Source: Gammaproteobacteria bacterium (GTDB lineage Bacteria; Pseudomonadota; Gammaproteobacteria; GCA-001735895). From it: a stretch of DNA of 64,000 nucleotides. The stretch lies in assembly GCA_024638385.1 (NCBI GenBank), contig JAHEKJ010000003.1, forward strand, positions 9,402-73,401, written 5' to 3'. Shown one piece after another: positions 58,703-64,000 of the stretch (position 1 is the first letter of the stretch; every line of letters starts with the position of its first letter). Both the position numbers and the translations under genes were made by a program. The notes beneath the pieces are model-generated. The model saw only the letters and a program-made list of their open reading frames with translations. It was not told the origin of the DNA and did not search any database.

Positions 58703-60387
58703 GAGCCCGCCCGCGAGGTCGAGATGCTGCGGCTCAACAGCACGACCGGCAACAGGCCGACCGCGACGATCGCCAGCGCCGCGGTCGACGAGTCGGCCAG
58801 GCGTTCGTCGCTGGCGAGTTCATAGGCGCGCACCGCCAGCGTATTGAAATTGAACGGCCGCAGGATCAGCGTCGCCGGCAATTCCTTCATGACGTCGACG
58901 AATACGATCAGCAGCGCCGTCAGCAGCGTGCCCTTCATCAACGGCACGTGTACGCGCAACAGGATTTGCCCCGGCGACAGCTTCAGCGAGCGCGCGGCAT
59001 CGTCCATCGACAGCTTGATGTTGGCCAGGCCGGATTCGACCGACTGTATCGACACCGACAGGAAGCGTACCAGGTAAGCGAACATGACCGCGACCAGGCT
59101 GCCGGAGAGCAGCAGTCCGGTGGGATAGCCGAATTGCGCCCGCATCCAGCCGTCGAGCGCGTTGTCGACCCACGCGAACGGGATGATGACGCCGACCGCG
59201 ACCACGGTGCCCGGCAGCGCGTAACCGGTCGCGACGATGCGGATCGACGCGTTGATCGGCGTCGACCGGAAAAGACGCTTGCCGTAAGCCAGGAACAGCG
59301 CGGCGAGGACCGCCAACACGGCCGCCGACAACGCCAGCATGACCGAATTGAGCGCGAGGCGGAAGAAGGTCGCATCGACCATCTGCGCGTGGGTTTCGAC
59401 GGCCCACAGTGCGAGTTGCGCCGCGGGCACGAGGAAGCCGAACGCCAGCGGCAGGAAGCACAGCGCGAACGCGGCCGCCGCGCGCCAGCCCCGCAGGCGA
59501 TACTGCGGCAGGTTGCGGTAACGGTAGGTCGCGTGGTGATACTGCGCCTGGCGACGCGACGCGCGCTCGACGACGACCAGCGTGAACACGAACAACAGCA
59601 GGATCGCGGCGAGCTTGGACGCGGCCGCGGCGTCGCCGAAGCCGAACCAGGTGCGGAAGATGCCCGTCGTGAAGACGTCCAGCCCGAAGTAGGACACGGT
59701 GCCGTAGTCGGACAGCGTTTCCATCAGCGCCAGCGACAGGCCCGCGACGATCGCCGGCCGCGCCAGCGGCAACGCGACGCGGTAAAAGCTCGCCCAGACC
59801 GAGCAACCGAGCGTGCGGCTGACCTCGAGCACGCAGACCGATTGCTCGAGAAACGCGGCGCGCGCGAGCAGGTAGACGTAGGGATAGAGCACCAGCGACA
59901 GCATCGTCGTCGCACCGCCGAGCGAGCGGATCTCGGGGAAATAGTAATCGCCGTAGCTCCAGCCGGTGGCCTCCCGCAGCGCGCTTTGCAACGGGCCGGC
60001 GAAATCGAGCATGCCGGTATAGGTATAGGCGATGATGTAGCCCGGGAACGCGAGCGGCAACAGCAGCGCCCAGCCGAACAGGCGCTTGCCCGGGAACACG
60101 CAGACGCTCGTCAACCACGCGCAGGCGACGCCGATCGACAGGGTGCCGCAACCGACGCCGAGCATCAACAGCGCCGAGTTGACCAGGTACTCGGCCAGCA
60201 CCGTGTCGACCAGGTGCCGCCAGATTTCGTTGCCCGGATGCAGGATGAAACTCGCGATCGTGAAGATCGGCAGGCTGAACAATGCGGCGACCAGCAAGAC
60301 CCCGGACGGCCACAGGCGTTGCAGCAACGAAGCGCGATTCGCGGGTACGCCGGCGCCGACGATCGACGCCTCAGGATGTGCGTTCAT
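58699..60387 (-). CDS. ABC transporter permease, duplicated two-module FbpB/ThiP type
   Basis: 562 aa with about 12 TMs arranged as two tandem BPD-type permease modules. 4-nt overlap with the ATPase gene. Confidence 0.85.
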   Translation of the reverse strand: MNAHPEASIVGAGVPANRASLLQRLWPSGVLLVAALFSLPIFTIASFILHPGNEIWRHLVDTVLAEYLVNSALLMLGVGCGTLSIGVACAWLTSVCVFPGKRLFGWALLLPLAFPGYIIAYTYTGMLDFAGPLQSALREATGWSYGDYYFPEIRSLGGATTMLSLVLYPYVYLLARAAFLEQSVCVLEVSRTLGCSVWASFYRVALPLARPAIVAGLSLALMETLSDYGTVSYFGLDVFTTGIFRTWFGFGDAAAASKLAAILLLFVFTLVVVERASRRQAQYHHATYRYRNLPQYRLRGWRAAAAFALCFLPLAFGFLVPAAQLALWAVETHAQMVDATFFRLALNSVMLALSAAVLAVLAALFLAYGKRLFRSTPINASIRIVATGYALPGTVVAVGVIIPFAWVDNALDGWMRAQFGYPTGLLLSGSLVAVMFAYLVRFLSVSIQSVESGLANIKLSMDDAARSLKLSPGQILLRVHVPLMKGTLLTALLIVFVDVMKELPATLILRPFNFNTLAVRAYELASDERLADSSTAALAIVAVGLLPVVLLSRSISTSRAGS

Positions 60388-60556
60388 CGCCGGTCGCGCG
60401 ATGCGCGCAAAATTCTAGTATGCTCGGGCTCCGGGAGCCGGCAACGAGTCGGTAGATCAAGCGAAAAACAGCCAGCCGGGTTCGAGTGCAAAGCTTAATG
60501 CCGATTAACACGAATGTGAATAATAATAGTTCGCACTTATATTCAGCGCCAGCGCC

Positions 60557-63388
60557 ATGACCGACGATATCGATTTCGCCGGCCTGCTCGGAGACCGCGG
60601 CAGCGACTGGCAGGTGGTGCGCGAAGCCCTCGGCGAGCGCGGCGCCGGAGCCGACCGATGTCGGGACATCGAGCGCCTCGCCGCCGCCAGCGATTACGCG
60701 TTGCGACAATTGCGACGCGAACCGGACTGGCTCGCCGATTTACTGGCGATCGACGAATTCACGCTCGACGATCCGATTGTCGAGCACGACCCGGATGACC
60801 GGGTCGACCTCGATCGGCTGCGCCGGGACTTGCGACGCTACCGCCATCGCAAGCACCTCGCGATCATTTACCTCGACGTCGTCGCGGGGCATCCGCTGCA
60901 GGATATCCTCGGCTACCTGAGCGATCTCGCCGATCGCCTGATCCTGACCGCGCTCGAGGCCTGCAACCGGCAACTCGCCGCCAAGCACGGCCAGCCGCGC
61001 GACGAACATGGCGAAGCCATGCAACTCAACGTCATCGCGATGGGCAAGCTCGGCGGCCAGGAGCTCAACTTCTCGTCCGACATCGACCTGATTTGCTGCT
61101 ACGACAGCGATGGCGAACTCGACGGCTACGGCCGCCTGAGTCATCAGGAATACTTCAATCAGCTGGTGCGCCTGCTGACCCGGGTACTCAGCGACAATAC
61201 CGAGGACGGTTTCGTTTTCCGCGTCGACCTGCGCCTGCGCCCGTGGGGTGAAGCCGGGCCGGTCGCGCTCAGCCATGCCGCGCTCGAACACTACTATCAG
61301 CTGCACGGCCGCGAGTGGGAACAGTACGCGATGGTCAAGGCGCGCGTCATCAGCGGCAGCGAGGCCGACCGCGCCAGCCTGCGGGCGATTCTGCAACCCT
61401 TCGTCTATCGCCGCTATCACGATTACCGCGTGTTCGAGGGCCTCGCGTCGATGAAAGACAAGATCGACGCTCAGGCGCGCGCTCGCGGCATGCGCGATAA
61501 TATCAAGCTCGGGCCCGGCGGAATCCGCGAAATCGAATTTTTCGTGCAGGCCTTCCAGATTCTCAAGGGTGGCCGCAACCGGCAACTGCGGCGCAGCCAG
61601 ATCTTCGACTGTTTCGATGCGCTCGCGGCGCAGGCCATCGTCGAACGCGAACAGGTCGACAGCCTGCGCGACGCCTATGTCTTTCTGCGCCGGCTCGAAA
61701 ACCGCATCCAGATGTTCGCCGACGAGCAAACCCACGAACTCCCGAGCGACCCGGCGCGCCGCCGGCGGCTCGCGACGACGCTGGATTTCGCCGACTGGGA
61801 AGCGCTCGAGGCGAGCCTGCGCCGGCAGCGCGACGCGGTCGGCCGCTATTTCAACGCGCTGTTCAAGCGCGATTCCGAGCCGTCGTCCGGGCCGATCCTC
61901 GACGACGCGCTCGACGCCGCCGGCGACGCCCGGCGCGCGGAATTCGTCAGCGCCAGCGGGGTCGAAGACCCGGCCGCGATCGCCGCTCAGCTGAACGGTT
62001 TCATCGCCTCCAAGGCCTGGAGCTTCATGTCGGCGCGCGCCAAACAGCGTTTCAACAGCCTGCTCCCCGACCTGCTCGAACGCATCCGGTTCAGCACCGA
62101 CCAGGCATCGCTGTTCGAACGCTTCATGCGCCTGTTTGCGTCGATCGCCGGGCGCAGCGTCTATTTCGAGCTGCTGGCGCAGAACGCCGTGCTGCTGCAG
62201 CGACTCGCCGAACTGTTCGACAAGAGCGCCTGGATCGCCGCCGAGGTCGCCTCCTACCCGATGCTGCTGGAGAACCTGATCCAGCGACCCGACCGCGGCC
62301 GCTTCGACCGCGCCGGGCTCGAGTCGCGCCTGCAACTGCAGCTCGCCAACGTCGAGGGTGATCCCGAACTCGAAATCGACAGCCTGCGCCTGTTCAAGCG
62401 CGAGCAGACGCTGGTCATCGCCGGCGCCGAACTCGCCGGCGAAATCGACGCGGTCGAGGTCGGGTATTATCTGAGCGATCTCGCCGAGATCGTGCTGGCG
62501 GCCGTGCTCGGCCTGGCGCGCAAGGACCTCGAGGCACGTCATGGCGTGCCGCGGCAGCAAATCGACGGCGAGCGGCGCGAGGCCGAGTTCGCGATCATCG
62601 GCTACGGCAAGCTCGGCGGGCGCGAGCTGCATTACCAGTCCGATCTCGACGTGATTTTCATCCACGACTCGATCGGCGAGCAAGCCCATACCGACGGTGA
62701 CAAGTGCATCGAAAACTCGGTCTACTTTCCACGCCTCGCGCAGAAGGTGATTTCGTTGACCAGCGTCCTGACCGCCTCCGGCAAGCTCTACGAGATCGAT
62801 TCGCGGCTGCGGCCCGAGGGTTCGTCGGGGCTGCTGGTGTCGTCGCTCGAGGCCTACGAGCGTTACCAGCAGGACAAGGCCTGGACCTGGGAACACCAGG
62901 CGCTGGTGCGCGCGCGCCCGGTCGCCGGCGACGCGGGGCTTGCCGCGCGCTTCGCCGGGATTCGCACGCGGATTCTGCAACAGCCGCGCGACGCCGAAAC
63001 GCTGCGCACCGATATTGCCGAAATGCGCGCGCGGATGTATCGCAACAAGCGGCCGCCCGAGGGCGAACGCAAGGATTTGAAGCACTCGCGCGGCGGCATG
63101 GTCGATATCGAGTTCCTGGTCCAGTACTGGGTGCTGCGGCACGCAAATAGTCTTGACACCGAATGTTTGTCTTCTGATAACATAAGCCTGCTCAACGCGT
63201 TGCTGCGGTTAAATTGCATTCCGGCTTCGGCCTCGGAACTGATCGATATCTACCAAACCTATCACCGGCTGCTGCACGAGGCGGTGTTGCAGAATCGGGC
63301 CGCCGAGGTCGACGCCGAGACCATCGCAACGCAGGTTGAGCGGGTAACGAAATGCTGGAACGCGTGTTTCGGCAAGCAGGAGAATTGA
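60557..63388 (+). CDS. glnE: Bifunctional glutamine synthetase adenylyltransferase/adenylyl-removing enzyme
   Basis: 943 aa. Duplicated nucleotidyltransferase motifs GKLGGQELNFSSDIDLI and GKLGGRELHYQSDLDVIF. Confidence 0.94.
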   Translation: MTDDIDFAGLLGDRGSDWQVVREALGERGAGADRCRDIERLAAASDYALRQLRREPDWLADLLAIDEFTLDDPIVEHDPDDRVDLDRLRRDLRRYRHRKHLAIIYLDVVAGHPLQDILGYLSDLADRLILTALEACNRQLAAKHGQPRDEHGEAMQLNVIAMGKLGGQELNFSSDIDLICCYDSDGELDGYGRLSHQEYFNQLVRLLTRVLSDNTEDGFVFRVDLRLRPWGEAGPVALSHAALEHYYQLHGREWEQYAMVKARVISGSEADRASLRAILQPFVYRRYHDYRVFEGLASMKDKIDAQARARGMRDNIKLGPGGIREIEFFVQAFQILKGGRNRQLRRSQIFDCFDALAAQAIVEREQVDSLRDAYVFLRRLENRIQMFADEQTHELPSDPARRRRLATTLDFADWEALEASLRRQRDAVGRYFNALFKRDSEPSSGPILDDALDAAGDARRAEFVSASGVEDPAAIAAQLNGFIASKAWSFMSARAKQRFNSLLPDLLERIRFSTDQASLFERFMRLFASIAGRSVYFELLAQNAVLLQRLAELFDKSAWIAAEVASYPMLLENLIQRPDRGRFDRAGLESRLQLQLANVEGDPELEIDSLRLFKREQTLVIAGAELAGEIDAVEVGYYLSDLAEIVLAAVLGLARKDLEARHGVPRQQIDGERREAEFAIIGYGKLGGRELHYQSDLDVIFIHDSIGEQAHTDGDKCIENSVYFPRLAQKVISLTSVLTASGKLYEIDSRLRPEGSSGLLVSSLEAYERYQQDKAWTWEHQALVRARPVAGDAGLAARFAGIRTRILQQPRDAETLRTDIAEMRARMYRNKRPPEGERKDLKHSRGGMVDIEFLVQYWVLRHANSLDTECLSSDNISLLNALLRLNCIPASASELIDIYQTYHRLLHEAVLQNRAAEVDAETIATQVERVTKCWNACFGKQEN

Positions 63389-63390
63389 CG

Positions 63391-64000
63391 ATGTCGATGG
63401 CCGATCGCGATGGCTTTATCTGGTTCGACGGCGCCATGGTGCCGTGGCGCGAGGCGACCGTGCACGTATTGACGCATACGCTGCACTATGGCATGGGTTG
63501 CTTCGAGGGCGTACGCGCCTACCACGCCGACCAGGGCACCGCGATCTTTGCGCTCGAGGCGCACACCGACCGCCTGCTCGATTCGTGCAAGATTCTCGGC
63601 ATGGCGATCGGCTGGGGCAAGGACGAACTGATGGACGCACAGGTCGCCGCGGTGCGCGACAACGGCCTCGACAGCGCCTATATCCGGCCGATGGTATTCT
63701 ACGGCGCCGAGGGCATGGGCCTGCGCGCCGACAACTTGAGCGTGCACTGCATCGTCGCCGCCTGGGAATGGGGCACCTACCTCGGCAAGGAAGCGCTCGA
63801 GAAAGGCATTCGCATCAAGACTTCGTCCTATACCCGGCATCATCCGAACATCGCGCTGACCAAGGCCAAGGCCAACGGCCAGTACATCAACTCGATGGCC
63901 GCGCTCGGCGAAGCCCTGCGCGACGGCTACGACGAGGCTCTGCTGCTCGATCCCGAGGGTTACGTCGCCGAGGGCAGCGGCGAGAACATCTTCGTCGCGC
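63391..64000 (+). CDS. ilvE: Branched-chain amino acid aminotransferase (5' part, runs off the window)
   Basis: ATG 63391 lies 2 nt after the glnE stop. FDGAMVPWREATVHVLTHTLHYGMGCFEGVRAY and the KANGQYINS class-IV aminotransferase pattern. Confidence 0.9.
   Translation, partial: MSMADRDGFIWFDGAMVPWREATVHVLTHTLHYGMGCFEGVRAYHADQGTAIFALEAHTDRLLDSCKILGMAIGWGKDELMDAQVAAVRDNGLDSAYIRPMVFYGAEGMGLRADNLSVHCIVAAWEWGTYLGKEALEKGIRIKTSSYTRHHPNIALTKAKANGQYINSMAALGEALRDGYDEALLLDPEGYVAEGSGENIFVA

Overview
High-GC gammaproteobacterial chromosome segment with about 60 CDS and one tRNA-Arg(CCT). I found no rRNA, CRISPR array, transposase or integrase. Most of the window is conserved housekeeping. One block is uppS-cdsA-dxr-rseP-bamA-skp-lpxD-fabZ-lpxA, preceded by rpsB-tsf-pyrH-frr and facing map-glnD. 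A second block has Pseudomonas-like order: nadB | rpoE-rseA-rseB-rseC-degP, lepA-lepB-DUF4845-rnc-era-recO-pdxJ-acpS, and gacS | cysM remnant-exonuclease-rlmD-glnB. The window ends with yjbQ-adk, an Fe(III)-type ABC permease/ATPase pair, glnE and ilvE. Three less ordinary blocks sit between these. (1) 19.0-25.5 kb holds a translationally coupled operon: molybdopterin oxidoreductase, VOC protein, beta-carbonic anhydrase and a large B12-binding-domain fusion protein. A divergent FAD-linked-oxidase-like gene converges on it. (2) 30.7-32.7 kb holds an orphan ExbB/TolQ-like plus ExbD/TolR-like pair whose B subunit carries a roughly 200-residue coiled coil. No TonB, TolA, Pal, flagellar or Zorya partner is nearby. 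This is my best candidate for an undescribed system. (3) 32.9-37.2 kb is a lower-GC stretch next to the tRNA. It encodes an AraC regulator divergent from a polyol-type ABC solute-binding protein that is followed by an NCS1-like secondary transporter rather than ABC membrane components. Other oddities are ribosomal protein S2 with a roughly 250-aa repetitive acidic-then-basic tail, a decayed cysM fragment, and a 20-nt motif present three times in the adk-downstream intergenic region. All functional calls come from reading the translations and recalling family motifs. No database search was run.
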